Shown piece after piece: positions 1-9,462 of a stretch of 64,000 bases of DNA. The position numbers and the translations under genes were made by a program. The stretch is taken from positions 1,248,001 to 1,312,000 of the forward strand of contig OZ244852.1 in assembly GCA_965220965.1 (NCBI GenBank), written 5' to 3'. Positions within the stretch are counted from its first letter, which is position 1. Each line of letters starts with the position of its first letter. The DNA is from Candidatus Marinacidobacterium sp. Lineage in GTDB: Bacteria > Acidobacteriota > Vicinamibacteria > Marinacidobacterales > Marinacidobacteraceae. The notes under the pieces were generated by a model. That model searched no databases and was not told where the DNA came from. It worked only from the letters and a program-made list of their open reading frames with translations.

Positions 1-1724
1 GTGGTGCCGACGAAGCTCAGCCAGTTCGTCACCGGAGCCTTCGCCACCGCCGCGGTGAAGCGGTCGGTGTTCCCCACGATCCACGAGGTCAGGACGCCGC
101 CCCCGCTGCCGCCGTAGACGAACAGGTTCCGCTCGTCGATGTAGCCGCGCGAGAGGATCTCGTCGACGCCCGCCAGCAGGTCGTCGAGGTCCTTGCCGGG
201 GTAGGCGTTGTCGATCTCGTTCCCGAAGGAGCTGCCGTAGCCGCTGCTGCCCCTCGGGTTCGTGTAGAGCACGACGTAGCCGTTCGCGGCGTGGTCGTGG
301 TTCTTGAAGTCGAAGCCGCTGTTGTACATGGCGTGCGGTCCGCCGTGGATCCGGAGGATCAGCGGGTACTTGCGGGCGGGGTCGAAATCGGGCGGCTTGA
401 CGATCCAGCCCTGGATGTCGAGCCCGTCGGGGGACTCGTACCAGATCTCCTCGACCTCGCCGAGCTTCACCTGGTCGAGCCACGCGGCGTTCGTGACGTG
501 GAGCGTGGTCAGGGTCTCGGGCGCATCCACATCGAAGACGACGAGGTTGCCCGGAGTGTGGTAGCTGGTCACGACCCCCGCGGCGGTTCCGTCCTCGCTG
601 ATCGAGGACACCGAGAGCATGTGGTTGCCCGAACTCACCGGACGGACCTCGCCGTCCATCCGGGCGAAGTAGAGGTTGTTCGTCCCGCGCAACTGCGCGC
701 CGAAGTAGACGCCGCCGCCGTCGGGCGCCCAGCCCACGATCGAGGGCCGCCGGCCCATCTCGCTGGCGAGGACTCTCGGCCCCGAGCCGTCCGCCGCCGC
801 GACCACCAGGTCTTCCTCGCGGTAGGTGTCGTGGTTGAAGTCCATCCCGGTGTAGGCGATCCAGCGCCCGTCGGGTGACGGGACCGGGCCGCTGTCTGGT
901 CCGCTGCGGTCGGTCAGCGCGGTGATCTCCCCGGTCGCCACCTCCACGCGGTAGATGTCGCCCTCCCGCCAGGCGTGCTCGGCATCCGGGGTCCGGAGCG
1001 AGGTGAATACGAGGGAGCTCCCGTCGCCGAGGAACCGCGGCCCGTCGTGGTGGTAGTCGCCGCTCGTCAACTGGCGCGGCGTCCCGCCGTCGGCGCTCAC
1101 CAGGAACAGGTGCCGGAATCCCTTCGGGTGGTAGCCGACCCCGTCGCGCCGGTAGTTGAGGCGGGTGACGATCCGCGGCGGCGCGGTCCAGTCGGCGCCT
1201 TCGGGCGCGTTCGGCATGTCGATCGCCCAGTCAGGATCGGGACCCGGCGAAACGACGGCGCGGAAGGCCAGCGAGTCGCCGTCGGGTGACCACTGGATCT
1301 GCGAAGGGGAGTTCTCGAGCCGGGTCACCTGGCTCTCCGCCCCCTCGGCGTCCATCCAGCGGACGAAGATCTGCGACCCGCCCGGGTCGGCGCTGCGGGT
1401 GAAGGCGATCCGGTCACCGGCCGGGGACCACCGGGGCCCGCTCCCCTCGGTGAGGAACCGGTTCCGCGAACCGTCGACGCCGACGATCCAGAGCTCGGTC
1501 TTCCAGCGGTCCTCCATCGAGTCCACGAACCGGCGCTCGTAGACGACGGTCTGGCCGTCAGGAGAGATCCGGGGGTTCGAGACCGCCTCCCACGAGAGGT
1601 AGTCGGCGAGCTCGAGCGGGCGCTGGCCGGTCTGGGCGGCGGCGGGCAGCGCGAGCGCTCCCGCCAGCAGGAACAGCGTGGAGAGGGCGGCCACGCGCCG
1701 CATCAGGTTCTGCTGGGTACTCAT
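1..1724 (-). CDS. S9 family (prolyl oligopeptidase/dipeptidyl aminopeptidase-like) secreted peptidase, 3' end runs off the window
   Basis: Not in the ORF track (no stop in window). Manual translation: GGAGG RBS then MSTQQNLMRRVAALSTLFLLAGALALPAAAQ signal peptide, propeller repeats, IHGGPH, NPRGSSGYG and nucleophile motif VYGGSGGG near 105-120. Confidence 0.9.
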   Translation of the reverse strand, partial: MSTQQNLMRRVAALSTLFLLAGALALPAAAQTGQRPLELADYLSWEAVSNPRISPDGQTVVYERRFVDSMEDRWKTELWIVGVDGSRNRFLTEGSGPRWSPAGDRIAFTRSADPGGSQIFVRWMDAEGAESQVTRLENSPSQIQWSPDGDSLAFRAVVSPGPDPDWAIDMPNAPEGADWTAPPRIVTRLNYRRDGVGYHPKGFRHLFLVSADGGTPRQLTSGDYHHDGPRFLGDGSSLVFTSLRTPDAEHAWREGDIYRVEVATGEITALTDRSGPDSGPVPSPDGRWIAYTGMDFNHDTYREEDLVVAAADGSGPRVLASEMGRRPSIVGWAPDGGGVYFGAQLRGTNNLYFARMDGEVRPVSSGNHMLSVSSISEDGTAAGVVTSYHTPGNLVVFDVDAPETLTTLHVTNAAWLDQVKLGEVEEIWYESPDGLDIQGWIVKPPDFDPARKYPLILRIHGGPHAMYNSGFDFKNHDHAANGYVVLYTNPRGSSGYGSSFGNEIDNAYPGKDLDDLLAGVDEILSRGYIDERNLFVYGGSGGGVLTSWIVGNTDRFTAAVAKAPVTNWLSFVGT

Positions 1725-1805
1725 CCTGGACACCTCCGCGGACGCCTGCCGGCGCCGCCGAATCAGATTGCCGGCCACGGACCGCCGTCTGGCCGGTTCG
1801 GCGCG

Positions 1806-2690
1806 TCAGACGATCAGCGCCTCGTCGTGTTCGTCGGAGAGCGCGAGCAGCCCGATCCCTCCGAGAACCGCCAGATCGGCGAACAGGAGCGGCGCGAGCG
1901 GAGGCGCTCCGTACAGGAGGGATTCCGTCGTCAGGCCGCCGGACGCACCGACCGCCGCCTGCAGATGCAGTATAAGACCGAGGATCCCCACGGCCGCCTG
2001 GGCGATGAGAACCCACCCGGCGAGCCGGACGCTTCCCCGGTCCGGCCGGCGACGCGCCGCCACCAGCGCGAGCGCCGGAACCGCCACCGCCGCCGCCGCC
2101 ACCGGGATCCACTCGGTCCAGCGGAAGAAGCCGTTCTGCTCGTGGTCGAGGACCGAGAGCAGGAAGTTTCCGGCGAAGCCGGCGGCGGTGAACAGCAGGA
2201 CCCACTGCCCCCACCCCATCCCGTCGGCGCTCCGCCAGACGCCGCGGCTGCGGTTCGCCAGCAGCAGGAACCCGACCCCGGCGTAGGCGAGCGGCGCCAC
2301 CACCGGCGCGGCGTAGACCAGGCTGTCGGGCCGCCAGGTGATCAGGAACTCGGACTGCAGATGGAGGACGGTCCCCGCCCCGCCGCAGAGGATCGAGAGC
2401 GCGCCCACCGCGCCGCCGACGAACCGGGAGGTTCGGGAATCAGGCATTCGACCGCCGAGGAGCAGCGCGGCGAGCGCCGCGCTCCCCAGCAGCGAGAACG
2501 CCACCGGCGCCCATTCGAGCGGCTCCCGGAAGGCGTTCACCGAGTGGGCGAGGAGCACATCCACGCCCAGAAAGAACAGGTTCGCGGTCAGAAAGACCTC
2601 GAGGAGCGTCCGCCGCCGGGACCGCAGCGCGGCGAGGCCCCACCCCGAGGGGCGCGGGGTCACCGCGGTCGCGGAATCACTCGGAGCCAC
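1806..2690 (-). CDS. Multi-pass membrane protein with internal duplication, putative heme b/quinol-interacting partner of the octaheme cytochrome
   Basis: About 8 hydrophobic segments; two copies of H-x3-4-F..EW.P ... LHL ... Y.AP..APL; start overlaps the end of the upstream cytochrome gene. Confidence 0.75.
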   Translation of the reverse strand: MAPSDSATAVTPRPSGWGLAALRSRRRTLLEVFLTANLFFLGVDVLLAHSVNAFREPLEWAPVAFSLLGSAALAALLLGGRMPDSRTSRFVGGAVGALSILCGGAGTVLHLQSEFLITWRPDSLVYAAPVVAPLAYAGVGFLLLANRSRGVWRSADGMGWGQWVLLFTAAGFAGNFLLSVLDHEQNGFFRWTEWIPVAAAAVAVPALALVAARRRPDRGSVRLAGWVLIAQAAVGILGLILHLQAAVGASGGLTTESLLYGAPPLAPLLFADLAVLGGIGLLALSDEHDEALIV

Positions 2691-3942
2691 GCCGGGCCAC
2701 GTGGTCCTCGATCTCGGCGAGACGGCTCATGAGATCGTAGGTTCCGTGCCACTGGACGAAGTCGGCCCCGTCCATGAACGCCCCGTGCTTGACCGATCGC
2801 CCGGCGAAGTGCCACGCGTCGAAGAGCATGAAATCGAGCGCCTCGTCGAACGGCGCGGGGGTGAGCGCCCCTGATTGCTGGAGCTCGGCGACCCGCTCCA
2901 TGAGCGTTCCCACGCGGACGTTCGTGTCCTCGACCACGGCCTCCGCCTCGGCGTAGAACCGCTCGACGTGGCCCGCCGAGTGGCACTTCAGGCAGATGCC
3001 CTGCATCTCGGCCTGGGCGCCGACGTAGTTGGGGCGCTTCTCCGAGACCGGGGCGAACAGCGTCCACGACAGCCGCTCGGTCACGTCGTGCGTCACCTCC
3101 GCGCCGTCCAGCCCGCTGAGATGGCAGGTGGAGCAGGTCGGGATCGGCATGTCGAAGGACGTGAGCGCCTGCGGGTCGGCGTCGAGATTCATCGCGCTTC
3201 GCTGCGCCGCGAACAGGACTCCGTGCTTCGACTCCTCGTAGATCTCCTTCTGCGGATGGTCCGGACCCATGTGGCACTGCCCGCAGGTCTCGGGGGAGCG
3301 GGCGAGCGCGATCGAGGTGGAGTGCCGGCTGTGGCACGCCGTGCAGGACCCGACGGATCCATCGGCGTTCGGCTTGCCGATGTTGTGGCAGGCGAGGCAC
3401 CCGGCGGTCACCGTCGCCTCGCCCTCGACGCCCACCAGCGGATTGGGCGCCCGCCGGACCGCTCCCGGATGGATGCGTTCCGCCGCATCGATGAGACCCG
3501 CCGGAAAGGCTTCCGGATACCCCTCGGTCCCCATCACCGCGGCGTAGGACGGCAACGCGTGACGGCTCGCCGTGAACTGCCGGTACTCGTCGGCGTGACA
3601 CCCCTGGCACGCCAGCGCGGTCGCCTCGGTCGAGAGGTCGAACCCGTGGTGGAGCTCGACCTCCTGCCCCGGGAGCGCCCGGTGGCAGTCGAGGCACGTC
3701 ACCCCGGCCGCCGAGTGGGCGCTCTTCTCGAACTGGGCGACGATGGCCCCGGTCTCCTGCCGGTGACAGGACGCGCACTCGCCGCGAGCGCGCACCACCT
3801 GCGGCGTCAGGGCGCCCCCCGGCCCGCGGTCGGGACGCGCGAGATGAAGCCCGACGGCAAGGACGACCAGAAACCCCGCCGCCGAAGCGACGAGCACCAG
3901 ATCGCGAAAACGGATACGCCTCAAGACCTCTTTACCCACCAT
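2677..3942 (-). CDS. Octaheme cytochrome c, hydroxylamine oxidoreductase (HAO)-like
   Basis: 8 CxxCH motifs (CASCH, CLDCH, CQGCH, CLACH, CTACH, CGQCH, CSTCH, CLKCH), HAO-family motif CGQCHMGPDHPQKEIYEESKHG, N-terminal TM/signal anchor; start set at ATG 3942 (upstream extension is antisense to the M28 gene). Confidence 0.9.
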   Translation of the reverse strand: MVGKEVLRRIRFRDLVLVASAAGFLVVLAVGLHLARPDRGPGGALTPQVVRARGECASCHRQETGAIVAQFEKSAHSAAGVTCLDCHRALPGQEVELHHGFDLSTEATALACQGCHADEYRQFTASRHALPSYAAVMGTEGYPEAFPAGLIDAAERIHPGAVRRAPNPLVGVEGEATVTAGCLACHNIGKPNADGSVGSCTACHSRHSTSIALARSPETCGQCHMGPDHPQKEIYEESKHGVLFAAQRSAMNLDADPQALTSFDMPIPTCSTCHLSGLDGAEVTHDVTERLSWTLFAPVSEKRPNYVGAQAEMQGICLKCHSAGHVERFYAEAEAVVEDTNVRVGTLMERVAELQQSGALTPAPFDEALDFMLFDAWHFAGRSVKHGAFMDGADFVQWHGTYDLMSRLAEIEDHVARRGSE

Positions 3943-4038
3943 GTCACACAACCTAGCGCGCTCCGTCAGGAGGCGCAAACGCCGGCCCGAAGCGCGGAGG
4001 TTCCGCGAGGGGGGTCCTCCTCCTATGCTCTCCGCCCC

Positions 4039-5481
4039 ATGCGCCGTCTCTTCGTCCTCTCCCTGTTGCTGCTCGTTCCTGGTCTGGCCGGCGGCCAGCC
4101 CCCGGACCCGCCGAGCTTTCCGGGTGACCGACACGAGCTCGCGGAGGACTACCGCGAGGTCGCCGGCCGGATCCTCGGCGCGGCGCTCACCGACGTGGAC
4201 GGCTGGGAGAAGCTGGAGCACCTGTCGCTCCGGATCGGGCATCGCCTCAGCGGTTCGGAGGGCCTCGAGCGCGCCATCGAATGGGCCGCGACGCTCATGC
4301 GCGAGGAGGAGCTCGACCGGGTTCACCTCCAGCCGGTCATGGTCCCGCACTGGGTCCGGGGGCCCGCGCGGGCGACGCTGCTGACCCCGATGGAGGACGA
4401 CCTTCCCATCCTCGCGCTCGGCGGCAGCGTCGCCGCGCCGCCGGGCGGCGTCACCGCCGATGTGGTGGTGGCCCGCTCGTTCGAGGAGCTCGCCGCGATG
4501 CCCGACGAGGCGGTCGAGGGGAAGATCGTGGTCTGGGCGGTCCCCTGGATGGGCTACGGCGGCACTGGCGCCTACCGCCGCATGGGCGCCGCCCGCGCCG
4601 CCGCGAAGGGCGCGGTGGCGAGCCTCGTCCGCTCGGCCACCGGCCGCAGTCTGAATACCCCCCACACCGGGAACATGGCCTACGAGGAGGGCGTCCCCCG
4701 GATCCCGGCGGCGGCCCTCACGGTGGAGGATGCGGAGCGCCTGCGGCGGCTCGACGACCTCGGACAGCCGATCCGGATCCGGCTCGAACTGGAGGCCGAG
4801 ACGCTTCCCGACGCGCTCTCCCACAACCTGATGGCCGAAATCACCGGCAGCGAACTCCCCGACGAGGTCGTCGTCATGGGAGGGCACTACGACTCGTGGG
4901 ACGTGGGGCACGGCGTCCACGACGACGGCGCCGCGTGTCTCGCGGCGTGGCACGGGCTGACGCTGCTCCGGCGGCTGGGGCTGCGGCCGCGGCGCACCCT
5001 GCGGGTCGTCCTCTGGACGAACGAGGAGAACGGCCTCCGGGGCGGCGCGGCCTACCGCGAGTTCGTGGGAGACGCGATCGCCGACCACGTCGCCGCCATC
5101 GAAATGGACGGCGGCGCGGAGCGGCCGGTGGGGTTCGGGGTCGGACTGCGCTGGGTCGGAGAAGGGCCGGAAGCCGACGCCGCCTACGGGGAAGCGCTCT
5201 CCATCCTCCGTCCCATCGGGAGCCTCTTCTCGGCCATCGACGCGGACGCCATGACCCGGGGCGGCGGAGGCGCCGACATCGGGCCGCTGATGGCGGACGG
5301 CGTCCCCGGGCTCGGGTTCCGCACGGTGGGGGAGCACTACTTCGACTGGCATCACACCGCAGCCGACACGCTCGACAAACTGGATCCCGACCACTTCCGC
5401 CGCGCGACCGGCATGCTGGCGACCCTCGGATTCATCCTCGCCGACATGCCGGGGCGGCTGCCGCACGGAGCCCGTCCCTGA
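4039..5481 (+). CDS. M28 family metallopeptidase (carboxypeptidase Q-like, PA domain), secreted
   Basis: Signal peptide MRRLFVLSLLLLVPG; GGHYDSWD, HDDG, NEENGLRG, IEMD, WHHTAADT motifs. Confidence 0.9.
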   Translation: MRRLFVLSLLLLVPGLAGGQPPDPPSFPGDRHELAEDYREVAGRILGAALTDVDGWEKLEHLSLRIGHRLSGSEGLERAIEWAATLMREEELDRVHLQPVMVPHWVRGPARATLLTPMEDDLPILALGGSVAAPPGGVTADVVVARSFEELAAMPDEAVEGKIVVWAVPWMGYGGTGAYRRMGAARAAAKGAVASLVRSATGRSLNTPHTGNMAYEEGVPRIPAAALTVEDAERLRRLDDLGQPIRIRLELEAETLPDALSHNLMAEITGSELPDEVVVMGGHYDSWDVGHGVHDDGAACLAAWHGLTLLRRLGLRPRRTLRVVLWTNEENGLRGGAAYREFVGDAIADHVAAIEMDGGAERPVGFGVGLRWVGEGPEADAAYGEALSILRPIGSLFSAIDADAMTRGGGGADIGPLMADGVPGLGFRTVGEHYFDWHHTAADTLDKLDPDHFRRATGMLATLGFILADMPGRLPHGARP

Positions 5482-6365
5482 CACCGCCAGCCACGCCGCT
5501 CACCCCCTCGGGGTTCGGACTCGCGCTTCGGGGGGTCCGGCTGGAGGAGGCGGACGCGGAAGCGCTCGCCGGGCTGCGCCGGCTCTGGCTGCGTTCGGGC
5601 GGCCTTCTCGCGCTCCCGGGACAGCGGGAGCTCTCCCCCGAGGCCTTTCTGCGGTTCTGCCGGGCCTTCGGCTCCCTCGAACACAACGAGAAGTACGACC
5701 CGGACTTCCTGCTCCCCGGCCATCCGGAGATCCTCCGGCTGGGGAACCTGCGGGAGAACGGCCGGTACCGGTCGCTCTTCGTCCGCTCCGAGCCGGGGGA
5801 CATCCAGTGGCACACCGACGACAGCTTCCGCTGCCCGCAGCCCGCCGGATCCATCTTCCACTGCCTGCGCCACCCCGAGTCCGGCGGCGGCACCTGGTTC
5901 GCCGGGATGGCGCACGCCGCGAGGGCGCTCCCCGCGGGGCTGCGGGCCCGGGTGGAGGGCCGCTTCGCCGTCCATTCCTACGCCTTCCTGGACGACATCC
6001 TCCGCCGCACGAATCCGCACCGGCGCCCCCTCCCCCTCGAGGTGCGCCGCGCCCACCCGGCGGTCGTGCGTCCCCTCCTGTTGTCCCATCCGGAGACCGG
6101 CGAGGAGACGCTGTGCATCCCCGACTGCCACATCTCCTCGATCAGCGGCATGGGGGACGACGAGGCGCGGGCCCTGCTGGCCGAGCTCCTCGCTCATGCG
6201 ACCGGGCCCGACTTCACCGTCTGCTACCCGTGGCGCCCGGGCGATGTCGCCGTCTGGGACAACCGCTCCGCGATGCACGCCGGGTCGCCGTTCGAAGAGA
6301 CCCGCCCCCGCCTCCTCCACCGCGTCACGTTCGCCGGCCCCGACGCCTTGCTGACGCCGGGTTGA
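5478..6365 (+). CDS. TauD/TfdA family 2-oxoglutarate/Fe(II) dioxygenase
   Basis: WHTD (HxD), GGTWF, WDNRSAMH, RLLHRVT motifs; start uncertain, CTG overlapping the upstream stop assumed. Confidence 0.85.
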   Translation: MTPPATPLTPSGFGLALRGVRLEEADAEALAGLRRLWLRSGGLLALPGQRELSPEAFLRFCRAFGSLEHNEKYDPDFLLPGHPEILRLGNLRENGRYRSLFVRSEPGDIQWHTDDSFRCPQPAGSIFHCLRHPESGGGTWFAGMAHAARALPAGLRARVEGRFAVHSYAFLDDILRRTNPHRRPLPLEVRRAHPAVVRPLLLSHPETGEETLCIPDCHISSISGMGDDEARALLAELLAHATGPDFTVCYPWRPGDVAVWDNRSAMHAGSPFEETRPRLLHRVTFAGPDALLTPG

Positions 6366-6439
6366 GGACAAACCGAAACGTGGGAAACTATCCGGCTGCA
6401 GTCACACAGCCCACAGATCAACTCCCGGAGACCCGACCC

Positions 6440-7459
6440 ATGACCCGCACCCGGATCGCAGTCCTCGCCGTCACCGCGCTCGCCGTTGCGGCGCCGCTTT
6501 ACGCCCAGCACGACACGAGCAACCCCTTCCGCCCGGTCTACGGCTGGGGCGAGCTGCCCGAGGGGCGCGCGTGGGGCTCCACCAGCGCCGTCGAGATCGC
6601 GCTCGACGGGAACATCTGGGTCGCCGAGCGCTGCGGCCAGAACAGTTGCGTCGGCTCCGACGTGGATCCGATCCTGCTGTTCGACAAGGAGGGCAACCTG
6701 CTTCGCAGCTTCGGCGGCGGCCTGATCGCGTGGCCCCACGGGATCGATGTCGACCACGAGGGGAACGTGTGGGTGACCGACGCCTGGCGGACCGGCGCGA
6801 CCACCACCGGCCACACGGTGCTCAAGTTCTCGGCGGAGGGCGAACTGCTGATGACGATCGGCACTCCCGGCGTGGCCGGCGATCCGCCGAACCACCTCAC
6901 CCAGCCGTCCGATGTGGTCGTCGCGCCGAACGGCCAGTTCTACGTCGCCGACTCGCACGACCGCACCCGCGGCCGGATCGTCCGCTACAGCGCCGACGGG
7001 GAGTACATGGAGACCTGGGGCGAACTCGGTTACGGACCGAAGCAGTTCCGGGACCCCCACGCGCTCGCGATGGACTCGCAGGGGCGGATCTTCGTGGGAG
7101 ACCGCTACAACAACCGCATCCAGATCTTCGATCAGGAGGGCGAGTTCCTCGCCATCTGGACGCAGTTCGGCCGGCCGAGCGGGATCTACATCGACGCCGA
7201 GGACAACATCTACGTGGCCGACTCCGAGTCGAGCCCCGCGCCCAACGAGTACACCGGGCAGCGCAACGCCGGATGGGAGAAAGGGATCCGCATCGGCGAC
7301 GCCCGCATGGGCTGGGTCCACCACTTCCTGCCCGATGACCGGGCCAACGTAATGGGCTTCAGCGGACCCGAGGGCGTCGCGGTCGACGACGAGGGGAACG
7401 TCTACGGCGCCGAGGTCTCCCAGCAGCGCATCACCAAGTGGGTGCGGTTCCGTCCGTAA
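6440..7459 (+). CDS. NHL-repeat beta-propeller, peptidyl-alpha-hydroxyglycine alpha-amidating lyase (PAL)-like, secreted
   Basis: Signal peptide; repeats PHGIDVDHEGNVWVTD, PHALAMDSQGRIFVGDRYNNRIQIFD, PEGVAVDDEGNVY. Confidence 0.85.
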   Translation: MTRTRIAVLAVTALAVAAPLYAQHDTSNPFRPVYGWGELPEGRAWGSTSAVEIALDGNIWVAERCGQNSCVGSDVDPILLFDKEGNLLRSFGGGLIAWPHGIDVDHEGNVWVTDAWRTGATTTGHTVLKFSAEGELLMTIGTPGVAGDPPNHLTQPSDVVVAPNGQFYVADSHDRTRGRIVRYSADGEYMETWGELGYGPKQFRDPHALAMDSQGRIFVGDRYNNRIQIFDQEGEFLAIWTQFGRPSGIYIDAEDNIYVADSESSPAPNEYTGQRNAGWEKGIRIGDARMGWVHHFLPDDRANVMGFSGPEGVAVDDEGNVYGAEVSQQRITKWVRFRP

Positions 7460-7495
7460 CGGACACGCAGCGCGCCGGGCGGCGCCGTCCCGGGT

Positions 7496-8170
7496 TCAGG
7501 CGTGGAGCACGCCGTGGTCGAGCCGGAGACGCCGGTCGGCGCGGGCCGCCACCGACGGGGAGTGGGTGGCGAGGATCGACGTCAGGTGATGCCGGGCGTG
7601 GAGGGCGACGATCAGGTCCACGAGCTGGCGGCTCGAGTCGTCGTCCAGGTTCCCGGTCGGTTCGTCGGCGATCAGCAGCGCCGGGGCGCCGGTAAGGGCG
7701 CGGGCCACCGCCACCCGCTGCTGTTCGCCGCCGCTCAGCTCCTCGGGACGGTGGGCGAGCCGGTCGCCGAGCCCCAGTTCCTCGAGGAGCTGGATCGCCC
7801 GGGCCTCGGCGGCGCGGCGGGAGACCCGACGGATCCGGAGCGGCAGCGAGGCGTTTTCCACCGCGCTCAGCTCCGGGAGCAGCCGGTGGTGCTGGAACAC
7901 GAACCCGACCGTCCGGTTGCGGAACCGGGCCGCCTCCCGCTCCGGGAGCCCGCCGACCTCGGTTCCCGCCAGCCGGAGCGTCCCGGCGTCGGGCCGATCC
8001 AGCGCCCCGAGGACGTGGAGGAGCGTCGTCTTCCCGACGCCGCTGCGGCCCATGACCGCGACCATCTCGCCCTCGGCGACCTCGAGGTGCAGCTCGCGGA
8101 GCACGGTGATCCGGCCGGCGCCGTCGCCGAACCCGCGGGAGAGGCCGCGGGCCTCCACCAGGTGGTTCAC
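7496..8170 (-). CDS. lolD: Lipoprotein-releasing ABC transporter ATP-binding protein
   Basis: [33 protein letters not shown]; directly after the LolC/E permease. Confidence 0.88.
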   Translation of the reverse strand: MNHLVEARGLSRGFGDGAGRITVLRELHLEVAEGEMVAVMGRSGVGKTTLLHVLGALDRPDAGTLRLAGTEVGGLPEREAARFRNRTVGFVFQHHRLLPELSAVENASLPLRIRRVSRRAAEARAIQLLEELGLGDRLAHRPEELSGGEQQRVAVARALTGAPALLIADEPTGNLDDDSSRQLVDLIVALHARHHLTSILATHSPSVAARADRRLRLDHGVLHA

Positions 8171-9462
8171 TGGAACCGGAGGGCGTCGGTGACCACCAGC
8201 GAAGCCGCCCGCCGCGCCGGGTAGAGCGTGGCCGCGAAGCAGACGATCGGCGCGAAGAGGCAGACGAGCGCCAGATCCCCGGGCAGGAGGGTGAACGGCA
8301 CCGCGGTGATCTGGTAGACGTCCTCGGGGATCGTGATCCGACCGTCGAGGATCTCGCAGGCGAGGATCCCGAGGCCCGCGCCGAGGGCGGTGCCGGCGAG
8401 CCCGATGACCGCCCCCTGGGCCATGAAGAGCGCCATGACGCTCCGCCGGGTCGCGCCCATCGAGCGCAGCACCGCGATGTCCCGGGTCTTCTCGGTGACG
8501 GTCACGATCTGGCCCGCCACGATGTTGAGCGCCGCCACCCCCACGATGAAGCCCACGAACAGCGCGGTGGCCAGCTTCTCCAGCCAGAACGCCGAGAAGA
8601 GCGTCGTGTTCATGTCGATCCAGTTCAGGGCGGCGTAGCCGGGGCCGAGCGTCTCGCGGACCTCCGCCTCGAGTTCGCGCACGCCGAACATGTCCTCGAC
8701 GCGGGCCTCCACATGGCTCACCGCGCCCGCGTTCCCCGCGAGCCGCTGGGCCTCGCCCAGCGGGATGAGCGCCCAGCCGTTGTCGTAGTCGTAGAGCCCC
8801 AGCCGGAAGGACCCCGCGACCCGGAACCGGCGGCTCGCGGGGATGGCGCCGACCGGCGTCAGCCGCCCCTCCGGCACGACGAGCCGCACGGGATCGCCCA
8901 GCGTGACGCCGAGCGCCAGCGCCAGCTCCTCGCCGAGGACCACCGGCGGTGGTTCGCCCGAATGGTCGGCGCCGAGGTCCGCGAAGTCGCCCGAAGTCAT
9001 CCGGGAGGCGAACTCGCTGACCCGGGGCTCGCGTTCCGCGTCCACGCCCTTGAGGGTGACGAGCGCCGAGCGCCGCCCGAGCGCCAGCGCCTTGCCGTAG
9101 ACCACCGGAGCGGCGGCCTCGACGCCGGGGACCGCCTCGATCGTGGCGGTCACGTCGCGGTAATCGGTGAAGCCCTCCACCGAGAGGTCATAGACCGAAA
9201 GGTGCGCCAGCGCCCCCAGGATCCGGGCCCGGAGCTCTCCCTGGAAGCCGGTCATGATCGCGAGCGCGACGAGCAGGATCGCCACGCCGAGAACGACGCC
9301 CAGCGCCGAGATCGCGGAGATGACCGAGATGAACATCCCCTTCTGGCGCAGCATGAGGTAGCGCGCCGCGATCTGCAGCTCGAACGGAAGCGACCCGCCG
9401 AGGCCGGAGAGGAGGCGTCGGGGGCGCCGGTCTCCGCGTCGGGCGTCCGGGGCCTCGCTCAC
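8167..9462 (-). CDS. lolE: Lipoprotein-releasing ABC transporter permease LolC/E
   Basis: [10 protein letters not shown]...FISVIS...MTGFQ; [10 protein letters not shown]; TLYPARRAA; GTG start overlaps the lysS stop. Confidence 0.85.
   Translation of the reverse strand: MSEAPDARRGDRRPRRLLSGLGGSLPFELQIAARYLMLRQKGMFISVISAISALGVVLGVAILLVALAIMTGFQGELRARILGALAHLSVYDLSVEGFTDYRDVTATIEAVPGVEAAAPVVYGKALALGRRSALVTLKGVDAEREPRVSEFASRMTSGDFADLGADHSGEPPPVVLGEELALALGVTLGDPVRLVVPEGRLTPVGAIPASRRFRVAGSFRLGLYDYDNGWALIPLGEAQRLAGNAGAVSHVEARVEDMFGVRELEAEVRETLGPGYAALNWIDMNTTLFSAFWLEKLATALFVGFIVGVAALNIVAGQIVTVTEKTRDIAVLRSMGATRRSVMALFMAQGAVIGLAGTALGAGLGILACEILDGRITIPEDVYQITAVPFTLLPGDLALVCLFAPIVCFAATLYPARRAASLVVTDALRFQ

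Noticed and set aside
3943-5484. Long N-terminal extension of the cytochrome ORF (935 aa)
   Set aside because: Antisense to the M28 peptidase; the real protein starts near 3942
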